DNA from: Verrucomicrobiaceae bacterium
GTDB taxonomy: Bacteria > Verrucomicrobiota > Verrucomicrobiia > Verrucomicrobiales > Akkermansiaceae
Assembly (NCBI GenBank): GCA_051252135.1
Contig: JBPOGH010000006.1
Coordinates: forward strand, 1-64,000
DNA: 64,000 nt
Direction of reading: 5' to 3'
Part shown: piece by piece, positions 47,600-56,221 of the stretch
Position numbering within the stretch: position 1 is the stretch's first letter
Layout of the letters: every line of letters starts with the position of its first letter
Program-made: the position numbers and the translations under genes
The notes under the pieces: generated by a model
Databases searched by the model: none
What the model was told of the DNA's origin: nothing
What the model saw: the letters and a program-made list of their open reading frames with translations, nothing else

Positions 47600-48727
47600 C
47601 TACTCGGGGAGAGAGGCGTGGATTTGTTCGAGGGTCATGAGGGCGTAGCAGGTGACGAGGATGGGGTCATTTTCCATCCAACGGGAAACCTCGTTGACCC
47701 ATGAGCCGTCCTCGCGCTGGGTGCTGAGGACTTTTGATGAGAGCCGGGTGCGCCAGTCGATCTTGAGGCCGTCGGGGCCATCGAGGGAGGCGATGTTGGC
47801 GGCGGCGAGGGTTTTGGCCATGACGTTGTAATAGTAGTAGAGGCCCTGCCCGCCGAGCCCGGGATTTTCTTCGAGGCTGAAGTTTTGAGAGAGCCATTGG
47901 ACGACGGCTTTGACGCGGGGATCGTCAGCGGTGAGGTCCGAGTAGACGAGTGAGAGGAGGCCTGCATAGGACATGGAGCCGTAGGAGCGGAGGGCGACCT
48001 TACCGTCTTCCCCGACTTCTTCCCCGGCTTTGGAATCTCCGGGAAAGTAGATGAAGCCGCCATCGTTTCCGACTTTCTCGCCTTTATTGGTGGTCTGGAG
48101 GTTTTGGCATTTGGTGACGAATTCGAGAGCGGCAGCCCAATCGAGTTCGGGCTGTTTTTTTTCTCCGGTGTCGGTAGCGAGGGAACGGGAGTGGTAGAGA
48201 GCTTCGAGGGCGAGGTGGGTGTTGGAGAGGTCCGAGTGATCGTAGCTGCCGCCGTAGCCGATGCCGCCATCGAATTCACTGTCGAGCTCACCTTTGACTC
48301 CCCAGTCGGTCTGTTGGCTGATGAGGAAAGCCCGGGCTTTGAGGATGGGTTCCTTGTACTTTACGGGGTCGGCGGCCATGAGGGCCATGATGGAGGTGGA
48401 GGTGTTATAGGTGGCCAGGCCGATGGAGTAGATGCCGCCATTTTCCTGTTGTTGTGAGACGATCCAATCGAGGGATTTTTGGATGTCCGCGGGGATGGGA
48501 TCGGATGCTTTGCGGGAGGGGTCACCGAGGATGGAGCGGACAGCGAGGGCGGTGAAGGCGGGGAAATCCTTACTGCCGAAGAATCCCGCGGGATCTTGTT
48601 TGGACTTCAGGTAAGTGACTCCCTTTTTGATGGTCTCCTGCATTTCGAGTTTGACCGAGAGGTGGGCACCCTCCTGGGCGGAGAGTGGGGCGATGAGGAA
48701 CAATACGGCGGCAAAGTAATGCTTCAT
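47600..48727 (-). CDS. Exported prenyltransferase/squalene oxidase-repeat (alpha6/alpha6 barrel) protein
   Basis: Signal peptide; QQENGG, DGGIGY, DLSNT, QREDGSW repeats. Confidence 0.85.
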   Translation of the reverse strand: MKHYFAAVLFLIAPLSAQEGAHLSVKLEMQETIKKGVTYLKSKQDPAGFFGSKDFPAFTALAVRSILGDPSRKASDPIPADIQKSLDWIVSQQQENGGIYSIGLATYNTSTSIMALMAADPVKYKEPILKARAFLISQQTDWGVKGELDSEFDGGIGYGGSYDHSDLSNTHLALEALYHSRSLATDTGEKKQPELDWAAALEFVTKCQNLQTTNKGEKVGNDGGFIYFPGDSKAGEEVGEDGKVALRSYGSMSYAGLLSLVYSDLTADDPRVKAVVQWLSQNFSLEENPGLGGQGLYYYYNVMAKTLAAANIASLDGPDGLKIDWRTRLSSKVLSTQREDGSWVNEVSRWMENDPILVTCYALMTLEQIHASLPE

Positions 48728-49434
48728 GGTTGATAGGGTTTGATGATGAGGGTGACGACGGTGCCTTCTTCGGGCACGCGCTTGGGGAAGGGGAACCAGA
48801 TGTCGTCATTGTGGTTATCCTTGCCCGGATAGCTGATGAGTGGCGGTTGGCGGGGGAAGATGGCGAAGAGGTCGCCCGCGACTTCGGCCTTGAATTGGCC
48901 TTCGTGGAAATAGGATCCGGTGTAGAGCCACGGGCCGGGTTCCATGGCCTTTTCGGTGACGCTGTGAATGATGAGGTCATTGATGGGAACGTTTTTCGTT
49001 TGGCCGTCCTGTTCCCATTCAACGTGGATTTCGACGCGTGCGGCTTTTTTCACCTCGTCGGGGACTTCATGAAATTTTCCGGTGGGCCGGTAGTCCTCGT
49101 CTACGATTTCGAAGAGTTCTTTGGATTCCTTGAAGCCGAGGAGTTTGAAGGCGATGTTGAGATGAAGGGGGGAGACGTCTGTGATGAAGAGGGCTTCGTG
49201 AACCTTGCCCTTGCCGTTGACGAGAAGGTACTCGAGGGGGCGATCGACGGTGTTGACGCCGGCGCCGAGACGGATTTCGCGGGTTTTCTTGTTGAGCGTG
49301 ACTTTTCCGATGCGGTATTCGGATTCGTTGATCTGCGTGATTTGGGGAGTCCCGGGTTGCGGGGCAGGATCAGGTTCCTCCGCCCGGAGAAAGAGGGAGG
49401 AGAGGATCAGGAGGAGAGGGTAACCGAGGCGCAT
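48724..49434 (-). CDS. YdjY domain-containing exported protein
   Basis: PLEYLLV..GKVHEALF, WLYTGS, PEEGTVVTLII. Confidence 0.75.
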   Translation of the reverse strand: MRLGYPLLLILSSLFLRAEEPDPAPQPGTPQITQINESEYRIGKVTLNKKTREIRLGAGVNTVDRPLEYLLVNGKGKVHEALFITDVSPLHLNIAFKLLGFKESKELFEIVDEDYRPTGKFHEVPDEVKKAARVEIHVEWEQDGQTKNVPINDLIIHSVTEKAMEPGPWLYTGSYFHEGQFKAEVAGDLFAIFPRQPPLISYPGKDNHNDDIWFPFPKRVPEEGTVVTLIIKPYQP

Positions 49435-49496
49435 CTGCAGATTGGGCTTATCTCAAGTTGCCATAGATTAACGCAAGATTGAGGGGGTTCTTAGAA

Positions 49497-50432
49497 TTAT
49501 TCCGAATTTTCCTCCTGAGGGGAGTGGAGCGAGGTGGCCAGATCATACCACATGAGGCGGGTGATGTGACCGGTGATCAGGGTTTGGGGGATGACATCGG
49601 GCGGGGAAGGGGGGAATTGGTAGCCGTGGCCGGACAGGTGGGACCTGACGGAGCGAAAAACGCCGCGTGTCATTTCGTCTTCCAGAGTGGCGGGGTCTCC
49701 GTTCACGGTGAGGACCGCGGTGGTAGCTCCGTCTTCAGCCCCGGTGGAGAACCAAAGGGCAAGGGGAGGGTTTTCAACGTTTCCGGGATTGCTAACGCTG
49801 GTGATGCGGGGGGTGATCTGGATTTGATCTCCGGAGTGTTTGCGGATGGTGGTGGCGAGGTTGAGCGCGATCAGTTTGACCTCTTCGCTGGCGGGATTTG
49901 ACGAGCTGACGTTGAGGGTGAGGGGGAATTCGGCTTCGGGGTCGACATTCCAGCGGGGAAGGGTGGGGACGAGGGAGGCGATTCCTTCGGTAGCATTGCC
50001 CAATTCCTCCGGAGCCGGGTTGGGGACGGTATCGACGACGCGCTCGAGTGCGAGGAGGGCCCGCTGGAAGTCTCCACGGGCCTGAAGGGTTGAGGAGAGT
50101 TCGATCAAGCGGGTGGCGGTGTTGTTGAGCGCGAAGTCACGATACTCGGCCAATCCGGGGGCTGATTCGAGATCGCCGAGGTCGGCATCGGTGATGACGG
50201 GAATGGCGGGTTCAACGGGATCTTCGGGAACGTCGGAGAGGTCAATTTTTGGTCCTTCGGCAATCTTGGGCTGGAGGGATGCGACACCGACGATGAGATC
50301 CTCTCCGAAATCCTCGGGAGGGAGGTTGACTCCCCTAGGCGTCATGAAATTCATTTCGCGGGTGCGGACGTGCCAGGTCAGCAGGATGACTCCGATGACT
50401 GCGATGATGGCGACGTACCAGGGAACTTTCAC
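49497..50432 (-). CDS. Hypothetical membrane-anchored protein
   Basis: N-terminal TM helix; GTG start; co-oriented with its neighbours. Confidence 0.7.
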   Translation of the reverse strand: MKVPWYVAIIAVIGVILLTWHVRTREMNFMTPRGVNLPPEDFGEDLIVGVASLQPKIAEGPKIDLSDVPEDPVEPAIPVITDADLGDLESAPGLAEYRDFALNNTATRLIELSSTLQARGDFQRALLALERVVDTVPNPAPEELGNATEGIASLVPTLPRWNVDPEAEFPLTLNVSSSNPASEEVKLIALNLATTIRKHSGDQIQITPRITSVSNPGNVENPPLALWFSTGAEDGATTAVLTVNGDPATLEDEMTRGVFRSVRSHLSGHGYQFPPSPPDVIPQTLITGHITRLMWYDLATSLHSPQEENSE

Positions 50433-50473
50433 GTGATGGGAGAATGGAATTTAGATCTGTTCGCGGGAAGTGC

Positions 50474-50508
50474 AAAAAAAGAGCTGTCCGGATTTACCGG
50501 ACAGCTCG
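50474..50508 (-). terminator. Terminator after rplS
   Basis: A7 followed by GAGCTGTCCGG-ATTTA-CCGGACAGCTC. Confidence 0.88.
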
Positions 50509-50532
50509 AAAGATTGATGATCCAGAAACTGA

Positions 50533-50877
50533 TCAGTCAGCGCTCTTCACGAGGGTCGCCTTCTTACCGACGCGGCTGCGGAGGTAGTTGAGCTTGGCGC
50601 GACGCACCTTGCCTTTGGAGACCACTTCGATCTTGTCGATGCGGGGGCTGTGGATGCAGAAAACACGCTCGACGCCGGTTCCGTAGGAAATCTTGCGCAC
50701 GGTGAACCCGGAGTTCACGCCGCTGCCACGCTTGCCGATGACGATGCCCTGGAAAATCTGGATACGCTCTTTTCCGCCTTCGACCACACGGGTGTGGACT
50801 TTGATGGTGTCTCCGACGTTGAAATCGGTCACGTTTTCCTTGAGCTGCTCTTGCTCGATCTTCTGGATGATGGTCAT
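50533..50877 (-). CDS. rplS: 50S ribosomal protein L19
   Basis: [43 protein letters not shown]. Confidence 0.98.
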   Translation of the reverse strand: MTIIQKIEQEQLKENVTDFNVGDTIKVHTRVVEGGKERIQIFQGIVIGKRGSGVNSGFTVRKISYGTGVERVFCIHSPRIDKIEVVSKGKVRRAKLNYLRSRVGKKATLVKSAD

Positions 50878-50984
50878 AATCGTATCGGTTGCGGTTGGGC
50901 GGGGGAGGGGAACTATTGGTTTTTCAGGGCGAATGCAAACGTTTTTTCAGCCGGGAGGCCTGTTTTTCACAGGAATCGGGGACG

Positions 50985-51015
50985 AAAAAGTGTGGCCCGG
51001 TTTCCCGAGCCACAC
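50985..51015 (-). terminator. Intrinsic terminator
   Basis: Minus strand GTGTGGCTCGG-GAAA-CCGGGCCACAC-TTTTT. Confidence 0.85.
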
Positions 51016-51086
51016 CACACACATGAACAAACACATTCGTTCCTGAAAATTTGCGCCATCACACGGATGGCTTAAAGGTTGCCGGA

Positions 51087-51188
51087 TCAGCATGGAGGTG
51101 GCGGAGGAGGTGTCGAGGAGCACGAGGGGAGGAGTGCCAGGGCACCAATCGAGGTGATCAGGATGAGGAATTTCGTCATTTCAGTCAT
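51087..51188 (-). CDS. Small lipoprotein, 33 aa: MTEMTKFLILITSIGALALLPSCSSTPPPPPPC
   Basis: Translated by hand (below the ORF-track cutoff); signal with lipobox-like LPSC. Confidence 0.55.
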   Translation of the reverse strand: MTEMTKFLILITSIGALALLPSCSSTPPPPPPC

Positions 51189-51239
51189 AGGACCCGTTTT
51201 TGGGGTGATTTATTCCTAAAATGTCGACAAAAGGTGAAA

Positions 51240-52130
51240 TTATCCGGTTTCGGGCATGAAGGTGGGCATGATGATCCCTTGGGTGGATTTGGCCTCACCG
51301 AGGACTTGAGAGAGGTGAAGTTCGCAATTTCGGGCGCCGAGGCGGTAGAGGGTGGAGATCAATTCGGGTTGATCGGCTGGAACGAGAAAGAGGGGGGAGT
51401 CGTTTCCGAAGCGGGGCAATTGGGATGCAATCAGGGCGAGGGCGGCTTCCGGGGAGGTCATGATACCGGGGCCGAGCATTTTGCTACCGGGGTGATTTAC
51501 GGAGAAGAGGAAGCCGGTGATTTTATTATCTGAAAGGGAGACGGAGCCACTCCAGATTCCGGCTTGGTTTTCGATGAAGTGCCGGAGGTCTTTTTCGCGC
51601 CGGATGCCGCTGACCTTTTCTTCGAGTTGGAGAAGGTCCGGGAGGTCATCGAGGAGGGCGGGTCGGGTTTCTTGAGTGGACTCAGGAAAGGTGGGGGGGC
51701 TGGAGAAGACCATGTCCTGAAAAATGGCAGTGGGGGTGAAGCCGGCCCGGGTGTAGAGGGAGTAGGAATCAAGATTGAGGGCGCTGGAGACGAGGCGGAT
51801 GGGTTTTCCGTTGGCGAGGCGGATGACTTCGGCGAGGAGCGCTTTGGCGGCACCGAAGATGTGGGGCGCGGCATTCATGATACCTAGCGAGACATGGGTT
51901 TCGCGCGGGTGGTAGAAGCAGGAGCCAACGAGAGTGCCATCGAGTTCGGCGACCAGGCAGCAGCCGGGATCGAGAGCTTCATAGACTTCGGGGAAGACGC
52001 GGCAGGAGGCCGGTTGATCGGGGGGGAAGCAATCGCGGTTGAGATTGCGTTGATACCAATTGTTGGTGGAGTGATGAATGAGGGAGGCGAGTTGATCCCA
52101 TTCTTCATTTTTGAGCGGGCGGATGATCAT
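51240..52130 (-). CDS. GNAT family acetyltransferase
   Basis: CLVAELDGTLVGSCF, SYSLYTRAGF; tandem GNAT-like architecture. Confidence 0.8.
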   Translation of the reverse strand: MIIRPLKNEEWDQLASLIHHSTNNWYQRNLNRDCFPPDQPASCRVFPEVYEALDPGCCLVAELDGTLVGSCFYHPRETHVSLGIMNAAPHIFGAAKALLAEVIRLANGKPIRLVSSALNLDSYSLYTRAGFTPTAIFQDMVFSSPPTFPESTQETRPALLDDLPDLLQLEEKVSGIRREKDLRHFIENQAGIWSGSVSLSDNKITGFLFSVNHPGSKMLGPGIMTSPEAALALIASQLPRFGNDSPLFLVPADQPELISTLYRLGARNCELHLSQVLGEAKSTQGIIMPTFMPETG

Positions 52131-52226
52131 TGTTAACGGGTAGCAGAAGAAGCGGTTGGAGCAAAGGGCCTGGTGGGGCGGGTTTGTTTGTATTGACCCG
52201 AGAAGGTGAGTTGTTAGATATCACAA

Positions 52227-53648
52227 ATGAAGTTGTATTTTGGGGTCCTTCTATTGGTATTTGTTTCATCATGTGCGCATCACCCGGAGCAGCGTCCGGC
52301 GAAAGCGGATTATTCCAGGATGGGAGAGGAGGTGGGGGTGAAGGTGTCCCGCAAGTTGTGTGTGTTCATGGATGGGACGGCGAACAATCATCAGTCGCAG
52401 ACCAATATTCGCCGTCTGTTTGAATTGATCTCGGCGGAGCGGAGTCCGGAGACCTTGTGCTTTTACGATGTGGGAGTGGGGGCGGAGGATCTGAAGTTGT
52501 CGGGAATGGCATTTGGTGCCGGGTTTTCGAAGAATGTGGTGCAGGCGTATAATTTTTTAAGTGAAAATTATCGGGGGCCGAAAGATGAGATTTATATCTT
52601 TGGGTTTAGTCGTGGGGCGCGGCAGGCCCAGGTCCTTTGTGATTTGCTTGATGAGTGTGGATTGCCTTCAGACGAGGTGAAGGCCGAATATACCGTGAAC
52701 GATGCGGGGTATGTGCATGCGGGTCGGGTGTTGTTGCGGGAATATAAGGATCATGTTTCGAAGCGGCGGGGCGGCGGGCATTCCGATTTGGCGGCAATGA
52801 GAGAGGAGAGCGGGTGGAAAGAGGTGACGGTGGAGTTGGTGGGAATTTTCGACTGTGTGGAAAGTATGGGGAACAACGTGTTTCGTGGGCTTGCGACGGG
52901 AAGTTTGAAAGACGGAGTTTATCACGGGCATGCGCAGTATACCTATGATCTGCCAGCCAATGTGAAGGAGGCGTATCATGCGATGGCATTGGATGAGAAG
53001 CGTGGGTTGTATGAGGTGATCAAGTGGACTTTGCCGAGAGAGAGACGGAGGTATCAGAAGGTGGAGCAGGTGTGGTTTGCCGGCGGGCACGGGGATGTGG
53101 GGGGAGGGTATCAAGAGAGTCAGAGTCTCTCGGCGATTCCGTTAAACTGGATGCTTAGCAAATTGGAGAAGCATGATTTGGTGGAAGATGGTTTCCGGGT
53201 TTATGCGGATTTGAGGGGTCCGATCAGCAATACGAGAGAGTTTGGGGTGGGGAAGGCGTTGGCTTCCTTTCGGAGTGATCGGCCGCGTTATGAGGCGCTC
53301 TGGGTTGATCGTGTCGACCCTGCGGAGTTTCCGGGATCAATCACTCGATCCAAGGTGGGGACGATCAAACCATTGGTGCATGAATCGGTTTACCAGCGTC
53401 TGGCGATGGCCCGGATTCCGGGGGCGAAGAAGGCGACGCTGGAGGAATTTGGCTACCGGCCCTGGTTGCTGAGGTGTCCGAAGGGATTTACCTTCTCATA
53501 CGGGAATGTGACGTATCCGGCATACGACTACATCAGCGGACAAATCGGAAAGCCGGGTTCGACCGTCGATGTGGCTCGATTCCGGGCAAAGACGACTGCG
53601 GTGGTGACCGACCGGAGGAAGTCCGAGGCGGGTGGCTTTCAGAAGTGA
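52227..53648 (+). CDS. DUF2235 (Tle1-like phospholipase catalytic domain) lipoprotein
   Basis: Lipobox VSSC; MDGTAN, GFSRGA, FDCV, HAMALDE, WFAGGHGDVGGG. Confidence 0.9.
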   Translation: MKLYFGVLLLVFVSSCAHHPEQRPAKADYSRMGEEVGVKVSRKLCVFMDGTANNHQSQTNIRRLFELISAERSPETLCFYDVGVGAEDLKLSGMAFGAGFSKNVVQAYNFLSENYRGPKDEIYIFGFSRGARQAQVLCDLLDECGLPSDEVKAEYTVNDAGYVHAGRVLLREYKDHVSKRRGGGHSDLAAMREESGWKEVTVELVGIFDCVESMGNNVFRGLATGSLKDGVYHGHAQYTYDLPANVKEAYHAMALDEKRGLYEVIKWTLPRERRRYQKVEQVWFAGGHGDVGGGYQESQSLSAIPLNWMLSKLEKHDLVEDGFRVYADLRGPISNTREFGVGKALASFRSDRPRYEALWVDRVDPAEFPGSITRSKVGTIKPLVHESVYQRLAMARIPGAKKATLEEFGYRPWLLRCPKGFTFSYGNVTYPAYDYISGQIGKPGSTVDVARFRAKTTAVVTDRRKSEAGGFQK

Positions 53649-53661
53649 ATCGCGGGCCCTC

Positions 53662-54495
53662 TTATCCTTCGTTGAGATTGGCGATGATGCGGAAGAAGGT
53701 GTTTTCGCTTTGTTTGGGGATGGAGGCGGTGAGGACCGTGCCATCTCCGGAGATGGTCTCGACGGGGGTCCAGGAGCCGGAGGCGAGGTCAGTGGTCCTC
53801 TCGAGGTGGTAGGCGACTCCGTCCTGAGAAGGCCAGTTGAGGAGGATGTTTGTGCCGTCGAAGCCGGATTGGATGGTGGGGGCGAGGGGGACGATGGCTG
53901 GGGTGTCGGTGATGGTGATGGAGGAGGGCTCGAGGGTGAAGGTGAGCTGGTTGTCAAAGCCGCCGGTCATGATGGTGCCGGTGGCGGAGTCGATTTGGTC
54001 GATCGAGAAGCCGCGGACCCAGATGCCGAAGTCCATGAAGGTGTTGGGTCCTCCGAACTTGAGGGAGATGGTGTCATTTGACTCGCCGGCGCTGAGGGGG
54101 AATGAGGAGAAGGTGGCACCTTCGCTTTGGTGAAGGGCGGGCTCGAATCGTTCCGGGATCGGGAATTGATTGGTTCTGACGAAGAGGGTGTAGGGCGCGC
54201 CGGAGATGCCTGAGAAGATTGAGCCAGCCCAGAGTGAGTCGGCGATGGAGATGTTGATTTTTAGATCAAGATTCCGGAGGTAATCGACATCGTTTTGTCC
54301 AACAGCGCCGCCCAAGCCGTCGGACTCGGCGAAGTCGCTGTAGGACATGGAGAGGGTGACGGGGGTGCCGTTGGGGTAGGCTTCATTAAGGAAGACTCCG
54401 GTGCGGTTGGTGATGGTGCCGGAGGCGGTCCAGATCACGGTGTCGCCAAGGGCGGTTGTGATGAGCAGGGAGGTGAGAATGAGAGAGCGACACAT
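53662..54495 (-). CDS. Secreted hypothetical protein with C-terminal FFRI domain
   Basis: Signal peptide; LNWPS.DG.AYHLERTTDL...W...TFFRII. Confidence 0.75.
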   Translation of the reverse strand: MCRSLILTSLLITTALGDTVIWTASGTITNRTGVFLNEAYPNGTPVTLSMSYSDFAESDGLGGAVGQNDVDYLRNLDLKINISIADSLWAGSIFSGISGAPYTLFVRTNQFPIPERFEPALHQSEGATFSSFPLSAGESNDTISLKFGGPNTFMDFGIWVRGFSIDQIDSATGTIMTGGFDNQLTFTLEPSSITITDTPAIVPLAPTIQSGFDGTNILLNWPSQDGVAYHLERTTDLASGSWTPVETISGDGTVLTASIPKQSENTFFRIIANLNEG

Positions 54496-54549
54496 GTCAG
54501 ATAGTAGGCATGACATGGGCTGAAGGTCAAATTGCGAAGGTTTTGTGGA

Positions 54550-55968
54550 TCAGGCGAGGAGGGGTTTGACGATGTGGCCGTGGACGTCGGTGAGGCGGAA
54601 GTCACGGCCCTGGAAGCGGGTGGTGAGCTTTTCGTGATCGAGGCCGAGTTGGTGGAGGATGGTGGCGTTGAGGTCGTGGACGTGGACTTTGTCTTCGACG
54701 GCGTTGAAGCCCAGGTCATCGGTCTTGCCATGGTTGACGCCGCCTTTGATCCCTCCTCCGGCGAGCCACATGGTGAAGGCGTTGGGATGGTGGTCCCGGC
54801 CGTCGGTGCCGCCCTGGGTCATGGGGGTGCGTCCGAACTCGCCGCCGAAGACGAGGAGGGTGTCCTCGAGCATGCCGCGTTGTTTAAGGTCCTTGATGAG
54901 GGCGGCGCAGGCTTGGTCGACGTCCTTGCAGTTCTTTTTGAGTCCGTTGACGAGGCCGCCGTGCTGGTCCCAGGATTCGTGGAAGAGTTCGACGAAGCGG
55001 ACGCCGCGCTCGATGAGGCGACGGGCGAGGAGGGCGTTGTTGGCGAAGGAGCGCTTGCCGGGTTGAGCGCCATACATCTCCTGAATGTGTTTGGGCTCGC
55101 GTGAGATATCGGTGACTTCGGGGGCGACGTCCTGCATGCGGGCTGACATTTCGTAGGCAGCGATGCGGGTTTGGATTTCGGGGTCGCCGACGGAGTCGAA
55201 GTGGCGTTGGTTGAGCTCGTTGATGGCGTCGATGACGGACTTGCGGTTGTGTTTTTCGATGCCTTTGGGATTGGAGAGATAGAGGACGGGGTCGCCGACG
55301 GAGCGGAATTGGACGCCATCGTGGATGGAGGGGAGGAAGCCGGAATTGAAGTTGGCGGCGCCGCCGGAGGGGCCTTTTGAGCCGGAGGAAATGACGACGA
55401 AGGCGGGGAGGTTATCGGTATCGCAGCCGAGGCCGTAGGTGACCCAGGAGCCGATGGAAGGGCGGCCGAATTGTTGGGATCCGGTGTGGAGAAGGATTTG
55501 GGCGGGGGCGTGGTTGAAGGCCTCGGTGTGCATCGAGCGGATGACGGCGATGTCATCGGCATGGGATCCGATGTGGGGGAGGATGTCGGCCATTTCGGTG
55601 CCGGCCTGACCATACTTTTTGAATTTGAACTTGGGTCCGAGGAGGTTGTTTTCGGGATTGATGAAGGCGGATTGGTAGTTCTTGAGGAGCTCAGCGGGAG
55701 GCGCGGTGCCATCGAGGCGGGCGAGCTCGGGTTTGTAGTCGAAGAGATCGAGGTGGCTGGGGGCGCCGCCCATGTAGAGGTAGATGACGTTTTTGGCCTT
55801 TCCGCCGAAGTGGGATTTTTTGGGAGCGAGGGGATTGGATTGGGCGCGGGCTTCGAGGGAGGCGAGGGCGATGGCACCGAGTCCGAGGCCGCAGTCTTTC
55901 ATGAACCAGCGGCGGGAGTGGGCGCGTTGGATATCGGGGATGAGGTTGGGAGGGAGCGTGGGGAGCAT
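54550..55968 (-). CDS. DUF1501 protein (PVC type, Tat-like RRWF signal)
   Basis: AKNVIYLYMGGAPSHLDLFDYKP, ARRLIERGVRFV, GEFGRTP, GRDHHP. Confidence 0.93.
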   Translation of the reverse strand: MLPTLPPNLIPDIQRAHSRRWFMKDCGLGLGAIALASLEARAQSNPLAPKKSHFGGKAKNVIYLYMGGAPSHLDLFDYKPELARLDGTAPPAELLKNYQSAFINPENNLLGPKFKFKKYGQAGTEMADILPHIGSHADDIAVIRSMHTEAFNHAPAQILLHTGSQQFGRPSIGSWVTYGLGCDTDNLPAFVVISSGSKGPSGGAANFNSGFLPSIHDGVQFRSVGDPVLYLSNPKGIEKHNRKSVIDAINELNQRHFDSVGDPEIQTRIAAYEMSARMQDVAPEVTDISREPKHIQEMYGAQPGKRSFANNALLARRLIERGVRFVELFHESWDQHGGLVNGLKKNCKDVDQACAALIKDLKQRGMLEDTLLVFGGEFGRTPMTQGGTDGRDHHPNAFTMWLAGGGIKGGVNHGKTDDLGFNAVEDKVHVHDLNATILHQLGLDHEKLTTRFQGRDFRLTDVHGHIVKPLLA

Positions 55969-55973
55969 GGGGA

Positions 55974-56220
55974 GTTTGAAGTTTGAAGTGTTCAGTTTGA
56001 AGGCTTGGTTGGGGGGCTTGGTTGAGGGGGCTTGGTTGAGGGGGCTTGGTTGAGGGGGCTTGGGATGGGGATGGGGGGAACGCGAATCTTGCGAATTGAG
56101 CTAATCTTGGGTTGGGGGGCTTGGGTTGGGGGGCTTGGGTTCTGAAGTTCGGCTGAAGCCTACACTACGAACTGGGGCTTGGTTGAGGGGAAGCGGGCAG
56201 GAATGCCCACTCTCCTTATT
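55974..56220. repeat. Mosaic intergenic array: 7-mer x4, GGCTTGGTTGRGGG linkers, a 9-mer triad and two REP-like hairpins
   Basis: Modules read directly from the sequence (see findings). Confidence 0.85.
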
Positions 56221-56221
56221 G

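Noticed and set aside
55974..56220. CRISPR interpretation of the linker/cassette arrays
   Set aside because: Repeat is only about 14 bp and often tandem, spacers are themselves repeats of variable length, and no cas genes are present
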